Source: Octopus sinensis (Eukaryota). From it: a DNA stretch of 64,000 nt. The position numbers were made by a program, and so were the translations under genes. The notes beneath the pieces were generated by a model. The model had not been told where the DNA came from, did not search any database, and saw only the letters and a program-made list of their open reading frames with translations. This document shows, piece after piece, positions 51,389-63,945 of the stretch (the stretch's first letter is position 1; the number at the start of each line of letters is the position of its first letter). The stretch lies in assembly GCF_006345805.1 (NCBI RefSeq), contig NC_042999.1:152892001-152956000 (forward strand), given 5' to 3'.

Positions 51389-51945
51389 GAGTGAGAGAGT
51401 AGTTCATGCCATCAAAGTGACACTGGGGTACAAATATACGAAGCCCAGTATACCCATCATGACTACCTGCCTGATTAGGGTACACTAGGCACATGCATCA
51501 AAACCATATGTTCGCGACATGGTGATCTCATATCAAGATAAACAGCGCATGACCTTGCAGGTGGGGACCCATTTAGAGTTTTCTTCTGGTCGAGTATCCC
51601 ATCCCGCTCAAAACGTCCCTGAATAAAAATTGTTTAAGTATGTTGAACGAACCAAACCATGTTTCCAAAGGTGAATTATTCAAACCCCAAAGAATCTCTC
51701 TCAACAAATATCTATGATGCTCCCCCACTATTTCTGCTCATGATCAGAGGTGCACGTATTGTCAGTCACTAAGGGACATGGTCAACTGGTTATGGTCAAA
51801 CAACTGACAAATACATCTGTGCTATTGAGCAGAATATTTGCTTTTGCCCATCTTTTATACTAAGACAAAACAATGTACATATGTACATGATAAGTTAAGA
51901 TTAGAAGCCATGAGAGTCACTGTATGGTACTGCATAAGGGCATTT
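51389..51945 (-). mobile_element. Element D, full-length copy
   Basis: Homologous end-to-end to 55305-55862; (ATT)n on both sides. Confidence 0.8.
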
Positions 51946-51949
51946 TATT

Positions 51950-51980
<31 letters not shown>

Positions 51981-51992
51981 TTATTATTATTA

Positions 51993-52026
<34 letters not shown>

Positions 52027-53325
52027 GTCTTTGCACAGCTTCTAACGCTGGAGATGTACTACGGCGCCAGCTGTTCACTACCTGTGAACTAAGGTAACAC
52101 CCGTTATTTTTCGAGCACCATCCGGAGCATTCGAGTGGTTCCAAGCAGTGGTTTTTTGTAAGTGCTCCATCCTTATTGCAGTTCCATGTTGTTCCATGTA
52201 TTTCTCAAGATTTTTACTCACTGTTCCCAGGATCCCGACAATAATTGCATAAACTCCCAAACTAACCTGACATATCTATTGACTTTTCTTTCTTCCTTAT
52301 CGCATTCCTTGTTGTCAGCTGGGCATGCTATATCTATGATCCAGCATCGTTTGCTTTCTTTCTCGATTAACACTATCATTGGTTTCCTATTCTCTATCTC
52401 ATGGTCGCACTGAATCATAAAATCCCATTGAATCTTTGCATTATCATTTTCGATGATGCCTTCGGATTTATGTTTGTACCACTTGTTTGCTCTGTCAAGT
52501 TCATACTGGTTGTAAAGTGTCCAATGGACAATCCTGGCTATATCGTTATGACGTCTCTTATATTCTTTCTAGGCAAGTGGTGTACATTGACTGGTAATAT
52601 GCCATACGGTTTCACCATTTTCCCTACAAATTCTGCACTTATCGCTTTCTGATGTGTTGTCTATTCTGTATTTGATGTAATTCGTTCTTACTGCTTACTC
52701 TTGGGCAGCACAGATTAGAGCCTCCGTTTCCGGTTTTAAATCACTTTTAGTCTTCCATAGCCATCTTTTTCCTCTGTCTGTCTTACCTTCAGCATCCCTA
52801 TAAAATTGTCCATGCATTCTTTTCTTTATCCACCTATTTTCAGTTTCATTCATTCTCAATTCCTTAGTAATCTTCCATCCTACACAAACCTGACCTACTT
52901 GTGTAGGATAATAGTGTTTCTTTGGCATTTTTTACATGTCATGCTATGTTGCTTTCTTCTGATCTAATGCTATGTTCGCATCCAATCCCTCTTTTTCTTG
53001 GTGCGTACAGTCTGTCTGCGTCACTTTTTGTGTGGAGTATCCCATATCTAGTCAGCAACTTCCTTGTCTTTCTGTCTAAGCTGTTTGATTCGTCTACTGT
53101 CCATACGAATACTCCTACTCCATATCTAAGTAGTGAAACCGCCCAGGTGTTGATAGCTTCAATCTTATTCCGCCCGTTTAATTTCGACTTAAGTATCTGT
53201 GCAAGTACTCCACCTTAAAGTTTTCTGTCATTTCTTTCTTTCATCAATTTATCCATTTCCAATATCCCCAAGTTCTTAATAACCGTCTTTTCTATCTGCT
53301 TCATAACCTCCCTCGGCGCTATCGC

Positions 53326-53330
<5 letters not shown>
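52027..53330 (-). mobile_element. 5'-truncated R4/Dong-like RLE LINE
   Basis: KSKLNGRNKIEAINTWAV, RMHGQFYR, LKPETEALICAAQE, CCHC knuckle CRICRE..ETVWHITSQC, WDFMIQCDHEIENRKP..IIDIACP; (TAA)n on the sense strand at both ends. Confidence 0.9.
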
Positions 53331-53379
<49 letters not shown>

Positions 53380-53577
53380 TATTATCATTATTATCAATAT
53401 TATTATTATTATTATTATTGTTATTGTTATTGTTATTATTACTAAAGAATCAATAAGAAGAGAGCGACTTATCGAATGAACAATATTTCGACATTTCGTG
53501 TTTCTTCCACATGTTCAAAATAATCATTTCAATCTACTTCATTTTGGTAATATTTAAGGAGTGATTTATTATTATTA

Positions 53578-53654
<77 letters not shown>

Positions 53655-53735
53655 GTTGTTGTTGTTGTTGTTGTTATTATTATTATCATTATTATTATTA
53701 TTATTATCATTGTCATTATCATTATTATTATTATT

Positions 53736-53768
<33 letters not shown>

Positions 53769-53790
53769 ATTAATATAATTATCAATATCG
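53328..53790. repeat. (ATT)n/(GTT)n arrays separating two RLE LINE fragments
   Basis: Direct reading. Confidence 0.9.
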
Positions 53791-54295
53791 TTAGGTTGTC
53801 GATTGAGGATATTGTGTCCACCGCGGATTTGTACTATTTGTCAAGACATAACAAGGACCTCAGACAAACAGTACTTTATGCAATATGCGTGCAGTTTCAA
53901 GTAATGCCGACTTTTGCGATACATCTAGACTGTAGGGTATTTTGTAAAGTTTCCAGGTGTTTCTTCGGGGAGGGTGCTATTGAACCCAATGCTCCGATGA
54001 CAACAGGGACGAACTTTATGTTTCACTCTTGTACTTGCCACATCTTAGCGATTTCAATTTTCAGGTCTCCATATTTATCAACCTTTTCTCCTTCTGTTAT
54101 GGTAATATGTTGATCTCCTGGCCCTGCCACTTCGATTATTAGGCACCCTTGTTTGTCCCACCGAGAGTCTAACATAACCGGCCCTCGGTTCCCTAACACA
54201 TTGTCTGTCTGGGAGTCAAAGTCATAGAGGATTTTTGCCTTCCCCTTTACGTCTATTACTTTTTCTTGTGTTTTCACAGACATTCTCTAGAACAA
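53790..54295 (-). mobile_element. R4/Dong-like RLE LINE 3' fragment
   Basis: KILYDFDSQTD..CLIIEVAGPGD..EKVDKYGDLKIEIAKMW..VPVVIGALG..ALLETARILHKVL*; tail runs into (TAA/CAA)n. Confidence 0.85.
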
Positions 54296-54524
54296 TACAT
54301 TGTGCAAAACCAAATATATGGCATCGTAGGCATAACGCCAACTTGAACTTCTAATTTGTTGTCTCTTGAGGTCTCTGGATGAGAGTTGAAGTCAACTAGT
54401 GCAAATATAAAGCAAAATATATGATACAAAAGCCAAATACATGATAATAATAGTGACGAACAGTTAAGAAACAAGGCGAAAAATAGACATATACAGCCTT
54501 CTCAAATACGACTGTGAAAGATGG

Positions 54525-54750
54525 AGAAGACAGGGTCCATTATTGCTAGGGCCTTGGTGACAGTATCAAAAGGTACTGAGAAGAATATGAAGGAATGGGA
54601 ATAGAATGTCCAGTAGAGGTGTTGCACTGCACAACGTTTGCCGTCTTGGCATGGCCAAAATCATCGGGAAAGTATTAGATAATTGAAGGAAACAGCATGG
54701 TACCGCAGGCACCAAGATTTTCATGCAAGATTCCAGGTGTTCCAACAAAA
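54525..54750 (+). mobile_element. Decayed RLE LINE 3' end
   Basis: Frameshifted PII.GALVTVSKGTEKNMKE..LGMAKIIGKVLDN*-like sequence, followed by (AAC/AAT)n. Confidence 0.55.
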
Positions 54751-54840
54751 CTTGAGTTTAAACAACAATAACAACAACAACAACGACAGCATCAACAACA
54801 ACGACAATAATAATAACAACAATAATGATAAGATCAACAA

Positions 54841-54876
<36 letters not shown>

Positions 54877-55015
54877 CATTGACCTCTTCCTTCAATTTTG
54901 CTTTCATTTCTTGCCGACTGTCTTCCTGACACCTAGGGCAAAGAAACTCAATGTATACATTAGTAGGATTTTAAAATAAGCACACCAAATTGTTAATTTA
55001 CAAAGTTACATGTTA

Positions 55016-55048
<33 letters not shown>

Positions 55049-55148
55049 AAAAGAGAAGCAAAAACAATAAAACAATAAGGAATAAGAAAGGAAAGAAAAT
55101 TCACAACAATAATGCACTTATTATTATTATTATTATTATATTATTATT

Positions 55149-55232
<84 letters not shown>

Positions 55233-55239
55233 AATACTA

Positions 55240-55304
<65 letters not shown>

Positions 55305-55308
<4 letters not shown>

Positions 55309-55862
55309 GCCCTGATGCAGTACCAGGCAGTGGCTCTCATGGCTTCTGATCTTAACTGATTGGAAGTGTTATCATGTACATTGTTTTGTCTTGGTATAAA
55401 AGATGGGCTACAGCAAATATTCTGCTCAATACCACAGATTTGCTTGTCAGTTGTTTGACCTTAACCAGTTGAGCATGTCCCTTAGTGGCTGACGATATGT
55501 GCATCTCTGATCACGAGCAGAAGTAGTGGGGGAGCATCATGGCCATGTGTTGAGAGGGATTCTTTGGAGTTTGAATGGTTCACCTCTGGAAATATAGGTG
55601 TTTCGTTCAACATCCTAAAGCAACCCTTATTCAGGGACCGTTTGAGCAGGATGGGCTACTCAACCTCAAGAAAATTCTAACTGGGCCCCACCTGCAAGGT
55701 CATGTGCTGTTTATCTTGATATGAGATCACCATGTCGCGCACATATGGTTGTGATGCATGTGCCTGGTGTACCTTTATCAGACGGGTAGTCATGATGGGT
55801 ATATTGGGCTTCGTATATTTTACCCCAGTGTCACTTTGATGGCATGAACTGCTCTCTCACTC
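55305..55862 (+). mobile_element. Element D: full-length 558-bp non-autonomous retroelement in (TAA)n
   Basis: Starts AAATGCCCTGATGCAGTACC, ends GCTCTCTCACTC(AAT)n; same ends as 51389-51945; no ORF and no tRNA head. Confidence 0.8.
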
Positions 55863-55896
<34 letters not shown>

Positions 55897-55917
55897 TAAT
55901 AATAATAATAATAATAA

Positions 55918-56134
55918 ACCTTTCCACTAAAGGCGCAAGGCTTGAAATTATGTGGGTGGGGACTAGTCGATTACATCGACTCCAGTGTTTCACTGGTACT
56001 GAATTTAACAACCTCGAAAGGATGAAAGGCAAAGTCGAACTCGTCTGAATTTGAACTCAGAACGTAAAGACTGACGAAATGCCACAAAGCATTTTGCCCC
56101 CGGTGTCCTAACCATTCTACCAGCTCTCGCCTTA

Positions 56135-56135
<1 letters not shown>
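55918..56135 (-). mobile_element. SINE-B (tail ii) in (TAA)n
   Basis: Homology to the family. Confidence 0.75.
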
Positions 56136-56169
<34 letters not shown>

Positions 56170-56184
56170 AATAATAATAATAAC

Positions 56185-56216
<32 letters not shown>

Positions 56217-56245
56217 TAACAATAACAATAATAATAATAATAATA

Positions 56246-56286
<41 letters not shown>

Positions 56287-56851
56287 GCAGCAGCAATAAT
56301 CTTTGCGGGTTTCTATAGAAACGAGTCGTGAAAAGAGGAAATTCCAGTGGACGAACTACATTAACTCTAAAATGTAAAGGATATTTAAGTGTCAGCAGTG
56401 TTCCAGGCAGACAGAGGAATTCCCCTGGAGTCCTAACAATGCTATATTGTATGGTCATTAATTATTCAGACTCTAAGCATATTAACAATTCTAATACACT
56501 AATTAATTAAGATGGCTCTTATTGTTTCACTTGTATAACGGTTTCACCTTTGTATTTTTCTTTTTGCTTGACCTTTGTTCTCCAACAGCGGCATTCGATA
56601 GCCTTCGCTGAAACCGGAACGCTACGATGCTGTTTTAAACGTCATGCCTAGTGTTTATCTATCACGCTGCTTTCGCCATATGACACCAGTTTAAACTGGA
56701 ATGGTCATATGACAAACAGCGGCCATTGAAAGATTTCTGCAGTCCTTGTCTCTTAGTTTAGTTTGCATAATGAAAGCGTTATCAATTACGATTTAATTAC
56801 TCCAGCAACTAACGAGTATATTTCTATATTTATGTGTAATTTATCTATCGA

Positions 56852-56884
<33 letters not shown>

Positions 56885-56885
56885 C

Positions 56886-57465
<580 letters not shown>

Positions 57466-57703
57466 TATATCTGTCTGTTGATTTAAATATTTGCCATCCT
57501 ATGTATCAGTCTAGTTACTCATTGCCTATGTATATATGCAGGTATATATTTCTGTCTGTTTGTCTGTCTGTCTGTACGTATGTATGTACGCATGTATGTA
57601 TACATGTATGTATATGTATGTACGTAAGTATTTAAATAGGTATGTATATGCATGTATTTGCACACCTCACAACCACATATCTACTTACCTACTCACGTTT
57701 ATG

Positions 57704-57769
<66 letters not shown>

Positions 57770-58195
57770 TGTGTTTGTCCCCTTAGCATTGCTTGACAAC
57801 CGATGCTGGTGTGTTTACATCCCCGTCACTTAGCGGTTCGGCAAAAGAAACCGATAGAATAAGTACTGGGCTTACAAAGAATAAGTCCCGGGGTCGATTT
57901 GCTCGACTAAAGGCGGTGCCCCAGCATGGTCGCAGTTAAATGACTGAAACAAGTAAAAGAGTATATCTGTCTGTTGATTTAAATATTTGCCATCCTATGT
58001 ATCAGTCTAGTTACTCATTGCCTATGTATATATGCAGGTATATATTTCTGTCTGTTTGTCTGTCTGTCTGTACGTATGTATGTACGCATGTATGTATACA
58101 TGTATGTATATGTATGTACGTAAGTATTTAAATAGGTATGTATATGCATGTATTTGCACACCTCACAACCACATATCTACTTACCTACTCACGTT

Positions 58196-58226
<31 letters not shown>

Positions 58227-58227
<1 letters not shown>

Positions 58228-58331
58228 AGTTCCTTGTTTTTCCTGATGAGAAGGCAGCATAATGCACCCCTTATTCCTTCGAAATTAGGAATATGCAGCC
58301 TTCGAAACATATGTCGAAAATAAAGGAATTT
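58227..58331 (+). ncRNA. Type I hammerhead ribozyme (canonical core, palindromic helix III)
   Basis: CTGATGA 58243-58249; helix II GAAGGC(58250-55)/GCCTTC(58298-303), extended by GCATA/TATGC; GAAA 58304-07; palindrome ACATATGT 58307-14; GTC cleavage triplet ending 58315; helix I TTTTC/GAAAA, continued after a 2x2 loop by AAGTTCCTT/AAGGAATTT. Confidence 0.9.
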
Positions 58332-58797
58332 TGTTAATTCGTCGTTCAACTCCATTCTTTCATTTATATATATATATATATATACCGAGATGGTAACTTA
58401 ATTTCTTTGTACTTACCCTGATTTCTGTCATGCTTGTCACATTTCCAGGGATATGTGGGGGGGGGGGGGGGTAAGGAGTTTTCGACACTGATTTTCACAC
58501 CATATAATTACCTGTTTGTAAATTTTACTTTTTTAATTAATATGACTGTAATTTTTTTAAGCCCCACCAAGGGGCTTTTTGCCATCGTTGGTTTGGGAAA
58601 TTGGGCGATTTTCAGCATGCGTGTATATGAGTGGAAATGGGCTGCTTGGCGGAGGTCTGCGCTCTCCGAGTGCTTTTCTAGTTATAAATTAATTATAAAA
58701 TTTTGTATTTGCCATTTATCGACTTTTTGCTTCCTGGCCACTTATATTATTGTTGTTATTATTCATTTTACAAATGATAATAATTAATAATAATACC

Positions 58798-59225
58798 TAG
58801 GCGCAGGAGTGGCTGTGTGGTAAGTAGCTTGCTAACCAACCACATGGTTCCGGGTTCAGTCCCACTGCGTGGCATCTTGGGCAAGTGTCTTCTGCTATAG
58901 CCCCGGGCCGACCAATGCCCTATAGCCCCGGGCCGACCAATGCCTTGTGAGTGGATTTGGTAGACGGAAACTGAAAGAAGCCTGTCGTATATATGTGTAT
59001 ATATATATGTGTTTGTCTGTGTCTGTGTTTGTCCCCCTAGCATTGCTTGACAGCCGATGCTGGTGTGTTTACGTGCCCGTCACTTAGCGGTTCGGCAAAA
59101 GAGACCGATAGAATAAGTACTGGGCTTACAAAGAATAAGTCTCGAGGTCGATTTGCTCGACTAAAGGCGGTGCTCCAGCATGGCCGCAGTCAAATGACTG
59201 AAACAAGTAAAAAAGAGTAAAGAGA
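58798..59225 (+). mobile_element. SINE-A with internal 25-bp tandem duplication
   Basis: CTATAGCCCCGGGCCGACCAATGCC at 58895-58919 and 58920-58944. Confidence 0.85.
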
Positions 59226-59259
59226 AATATAAATATTTTCGAATATTTATTCATTTAGT

Positions 59260-59599
59260 GTAGAGGCACAATGATCCAGTGGTTAGAGCAGCGGCCTCGC
59301 GGTCGTAGAATCGTGGTTTCGATTCCCAGACCGGGAACGCCTAAAACCACACGTTGCTCCGGCAGGGGGTGGTGGCGAACCCTGCTGTACTCTTTCATCA
59401 CAATTTTCACTCTTCCTGTTTCTGATGTACCTGTATTTCAAAGGACCAGCCTTGTGACAATGTGTCACGCTGAATATCACCGAGAACTACGTTAAGAGTA
59501 CATTGTCTGTGGAGTGCTCAGCCACTTGCACGTTAATTTCACGAGCAGACTGTTCCGATTCAACTGGAACCCTCGTCGTCGTAACCGACGGAGTGCCAC
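59260..59599 (+). mobile_element. SINE-C with 12-bp TSD
   Basis: TSD TATTCATTTAGT at 59248-59259 and 59600-59611; internal deletions. Confidence 0.85.
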
Positions 59600-60444
59600 T
59601 ATTCATTTAGTCATATATATATATATATATCTACAAATACACACATACAACATACATATATATATATATATAGTATTATATGACTGTATGTAAATATACC
59701 TATGGTTCTGATGTCTCAACAATATTAAAGAATGTCACGCACACCCACACACATAGATATGTGTGTGTGCTGCATATGTTCGAGTGTGCATGTGTATGTA
59801 CGTATGTATGTATGGATGGAGGAATGGCTGGCTGGCTGGATGAATGGAAGGCTGTATACATAAAGATAAATAGATAGGGATAGAGATAGATATGCAAATT
59901 AAGGTAATCTATATAAAGTTGTTTCCTAGATGTAGGTGATTAAATTAGAAATGAAATGTAGATAGGATAACATCGATCATTTCACACTCTTTGTTTTGTA
60001 CTTACACACTTCTGGAAGCCATAATATGTTCTTCTCTTGTTTATATTTTAATTAACGGAAAAAGATTCAAAGACGTACATTCATTCGATTTAAATCCAAA
60101 TTTTTAAAATAATGTTGGATTTGCGGCTTTGTTTTTCATGAGAGTATACTATTTTCCTTAATCTTCTGATAAATTTGTCAATCATTCGCGTTACGTTCAG
60201 ATAATTCCGTTGTGACGAAATAGGTACGTTCTTTTCTGTCGAGATTATTAGTAGTATAAAGATGGTTAAAGACTCCACAAAAATGAGATTATTTTAGATT
60301 TTTGTTTAAATGCACAATAGAATTAACGAATAATATAAAAATACTAATGATATTGTAACAGAGTCACTGATAATGTTTAAAAATAATGATATAACTAAAT
60401 ACAGTAATAGTATAGCTATGTTTTTACTGTGGATTTTCGTCGAG

Positions 60445-60912
60445 TAGTTAGTTAGTTAGTTAGTTAATTTGGTTCAAAAGCAAATAGCAAGGCCATGTAG
60501 GGGGGGGGGGCATGGAGTTAAGTACAGGGTGGTGTTCATGTAAAGAGTTCAGGCCACTTGAGGTCAAGGGAGGCTTTGAACAAAGCGGTCGTCGGCATCG
60601 TCACCATCTCGTCTGGCAGCTTGTTCCACGGATCCGCAACCCGGACGGAGAATGCTCCTCTCCTTCGATTGAGATGAAATCGTCGCAGGTAGAGCTTTTC
60701 GGAATGACCCCGCAGCCGACGCTCTGGAGCAGGAGTGAAGAACAGCTCTTTCGAGAGGTTACACTTTCCGCTTATGATGTTGTGGGCGAGAATGAGATCA
60801 CCTCGGCGGCGGCGTTTTTCTAGAGAATAAAGGTCGAGCGTCTTCAGCCTTTCTTCATAGGACAAATTTTTGAGACCATGAACCATGCGGGTAGCCAGCT
60901 TCTGGACTCTAA
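60445..60912 (-). mobile_element. CR1-clade LINE 3' end with (TAAC)n tail
   Basis: VQKLATRMVHGLKNLSYEERLKTLDLYSLEKRRRRGDLI..RGHSEKL..FSVRVADPWNKLP..FKASLD*. Confidence 0.9.
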
Positions 60913-60924
60913 GAAATTCGTCTC

Positions 60925-61510
60925 GCGTTCTATCACCTTCAGAGCCGCCTTAGGTTGCCACCGGATATCAGAATTCGAACGACAGTGTGCATTTTCCCAG
61001 GATTCATCCGGACTGACTTTCTCTATAGGTGCGAATCCTGGGCGGTGAGAGCTAAAGATATCTGAAAACTCGAAGTCTTCGACCACTACTGCCTGCGTAG
61101 GATTTTGCGTGCTTACCCATTGAACTTCGAACCCCGAAATGTTACAATGCTGCTGCATCAATTCTCTGCGACAGTCTCCACTCTTAAGACGTCTAAGATG
61201 ACTTGGCCATATTCTCCATCAGCCTCCGGGTAAATTCATTCGCCGGGCCATCACTCCGGCTCCCTTCCCAGTCTGGCGTAAACGAGCCGGAGGGCGTGGA
61301 TGGCGACGGTGAAGACGGATCTGGAAGAACAGTCGCCCAACCGCATCTATGGTCTTCGACAGTGGAACCGGAGTAGGAATCGATTATAGCCTCTGCTGCG
61401 GACGACCGTCGGATGTGATAAGCATTCGTGGGGGACGTAGTGAACTCGGTGGTCGGACCAGCTCAGCCCACCCCGGGTGGAATGCCACCGCAAGTACAAG
61501 CAGAAAGTTA
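60925..61510 (+). mobile_element. RTE-clade LINE 3' fragment
   Basis: FLYRCESWAVRAKDI*KLEVFDHYCLRRILR; LRRLR*LGHIL..RKRAGGR; tail CCCGGGTGGAATGCCACCGCAAGTACAAG. Confidence 0.8.
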
Positions 61511-61900
61511 CAAATTATTTCCACATATAACAACACAGACGCCAAATATAATTAGTCCCGGCTGCTGCGGTTTCCTGATGGCTCGGTGTGCTATTTTCTG
61601 CAGAAGATTGCTCTGAAACCCCCAAAACTGAAGAAAACCACCAAGGAAATAGGCATGGCAGCTGAAGCCAGTTGAGACCGCATTCCTGAAGAGAAGACTG
61701 ATTCAATTCTCGATGTCACATTTAGACGAAGCGTACAGGTTCTGGAGCAAAACTCTTGAAGCCCTGAAATACCTGCTGATGATAGGGTAGTGTTTCCAAC
61801 ATTACGATAAATTCAGAAGAAGAACTTACTATACCTCTGAGTACCACCTGCAGTTACTTGGGGGAACAAATTATCTCCGATGTTTATTTCGCCAACACAC

Positions 61901-62297
61901 AGGCGCAGACGTGGCTGTGTGGCTAGAAGCTTGCTTCCCAACCGCATGTTTCCGGGTTCAGTCCCACTGCGTGACACCTAGCCTGTCTTCTGCTACAGCG
62001 TGGGGCCGACCAAAGCCTTGTGAGTGGAATTGCTAGAGGGAAACTGAAAGAAGTCTGTCGTGTGTGGATGTGTGTGTGTGTTTGTGTATGTGTCTGCGTC
62101 TTCGTGTTCCCAATAACTGCCTGATAACCGGTGCTGATATGCTTATGTCCTCGTAACTTAGCAGTTTGGTTATAGAGGCCAATAGAATAAGTACCAGGCA
62201 GAAAGGAATAAGTACCGGGTCGAGGCATTTGACTAAAAATTGTTCCAGGCGGTGACGCAGCATGGTAGCAATCTAATGACTGAAACAAGTAAAAGAC
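61901..62297 (+). mobile_element. SINE-A, complete
   Basis: Homology to the family. Confidence 0.8.
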
Positions 62298-62367
62298 AAA
62301 AAATAAAAACGTATATAACTATATACATGGACCTGCACTTACAACATATACTTAAAAGCATATACTA

Positions 62368-62536
62368 TAGGCGCGAGAGTGGCTGGCTATGCTGTAGGTA
62401 GGTTGCTTACCAAGCACTTGGTCTCGGGTTCAGTCCCATTGTGTGGCACCTTGGGCAAGTGTCTCCTACTATAACCTCGGGCCGATCAACGCCTTGTAAG
62501 TTGATTTGGTAGACGGAAACTGAAAGAAGCCCGTCG

Positions 62537-62605
<69 letters not shown>

Positions 62606-62630
62606 ATATATCTGTATATATCTGTATATA

Positions 62631-62670
<40 letters not shown>

Positions 62671-62995
62671 TATATATATATAATATATATATATATACAT
62701 ACATACATACATATATACATAAATATTATACATACATATATATATATACATACATATATATATATATACATACATACATACATACATATATATATATATC
62801 TGTATATATATATATATATCTGTATATATATATATATACATAATACATACATATGCATACAGACACACACATATATATATGTATGTATCTATGTATTATA
62901 TGTGTGTGTGTGTTTGTTCCCCTACCATCGCTTGACAACTGATGCTGGTGTGTTTACGTCCCCGTACCTTAGCAAAAGTGACTGATGGAATAAGT
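62368..62995 (+). mobile_element. SINE-A with about 330-bp internal microsatellite
   Basis: Left half 62368-62537, right half about 62905-62995. Confidence 0.75.
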
Positions 62996-63169
62996 AATAC
63001 TCTTAGAAAAGAATAAGAGTGATACGAAAATCTGATAGTAGAAATAATGATTATTTCGTCGGAAAATCAATGTATCAGAGGCCAGTAAACAGAACGGATG
63101 AACCTAGTGTAGGTTCAACGACTATTTAGCAATAATACAGGCCCTCAGATATTCCGGTGTAGGTGTTCG

Positions 63170-63470
63170 GCGTGCTGGAAGACGGCAAGGAGTGAGGATC
63201 CCCTTAGCTTTTGCTAAAGCATGTCTCTAGATTCAGCATCAAACCAAGGCTATGTCTGCTGTGATAATCGGCGGTGACTTCGTCAACGAATCCTCTGTGA
63301 ATTGACAGCATGTTGAGTTGCTACAGATCACACTGGCCCAAAGTGTGTATACAACTGACTGCGGACCATATGGGAACTTGTATTCTCACTGAAACTCCGA
63401 AAATGAACTCATGTCGTAACCGGCTAAATCCATCCCGGGTGAATGTCACCGTAAGTACAAAATACAAGTA
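63170..63470 (+). mobile_element. Decayed RTE LINE 3' end
   Basis: Tail CCCGGGTGAATGTCACCGTAAGTACAAAATACAAG matches the 61.5-kb RTE tail. Confidence 0.5.
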
Positions 63471-63589
63471 TCACAGTCGTTCGTAACTTATATTTCACGT
63501 GGCACTTGTCACTGGCTATAAAACCCTCATAGCCATTGCACTTTTCACATCGAGCTACAGCCGTTTAAAAATATTTAAAATAACGGTTA

Positions 63590-63945
63590 GGCGTGACTCT
63601 GAGGATAAGTAGCTAGCTTTCCAACAAGTAATTTTAGGTTCAATCCCTCTCCGTGGAAATTTGTGTGTGAAATTTGTAGGTGGAAATTGTGTGGAAGCCT
63701 CTCGTGTATATGTGAATGTGAGTGTGTGCGTGTTAATGTATATTTTTATATTTGTGTTCGTCCTCCAGCACCGCTTGACGATCGGTGTTGGTTTGTTTAC
63801 GCCCCCACAACATAGCGGTTCAGCAAAAGGTATTTTATAGAATGACTAGCAAACTACAAAAAAATGTATTGGGGTCGATTTGTTTGACTAAACTCTTCAA
63901 GGCTGTGCTCCAGAATGACCAATGTCCAATGATTGAAAGAGGAAA
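63590..63945 (+). mobile_element. SINE-A, highly diverged
   Basis: Remnant head AGGTTCAATCCC and tail CAATGATTGAAAG. Confidence 0.55.

Noticed and set aside
53483-53520. Minus-strand GTG..CAC GAAATGTC half-hammerhead
   Set aside because: CUGANGA strand absent; insufficient evidence
55305-55400. HDV-like, twister or hammerhead fold at the 5' end of element D
   Set aside because: Manual attempts gave only partial P1/P3 pairing with no P1.1, P2 or J4/2; CTGATGC is not a hammerhead core. Left as an untested hypothesis
61588-61790. Acceptor-like TTTTCTGCAG followed by protein-like text (ETAFLKRRLIQF..)
   Set aside because: All frames from the acceptor stop early; no recognisable family
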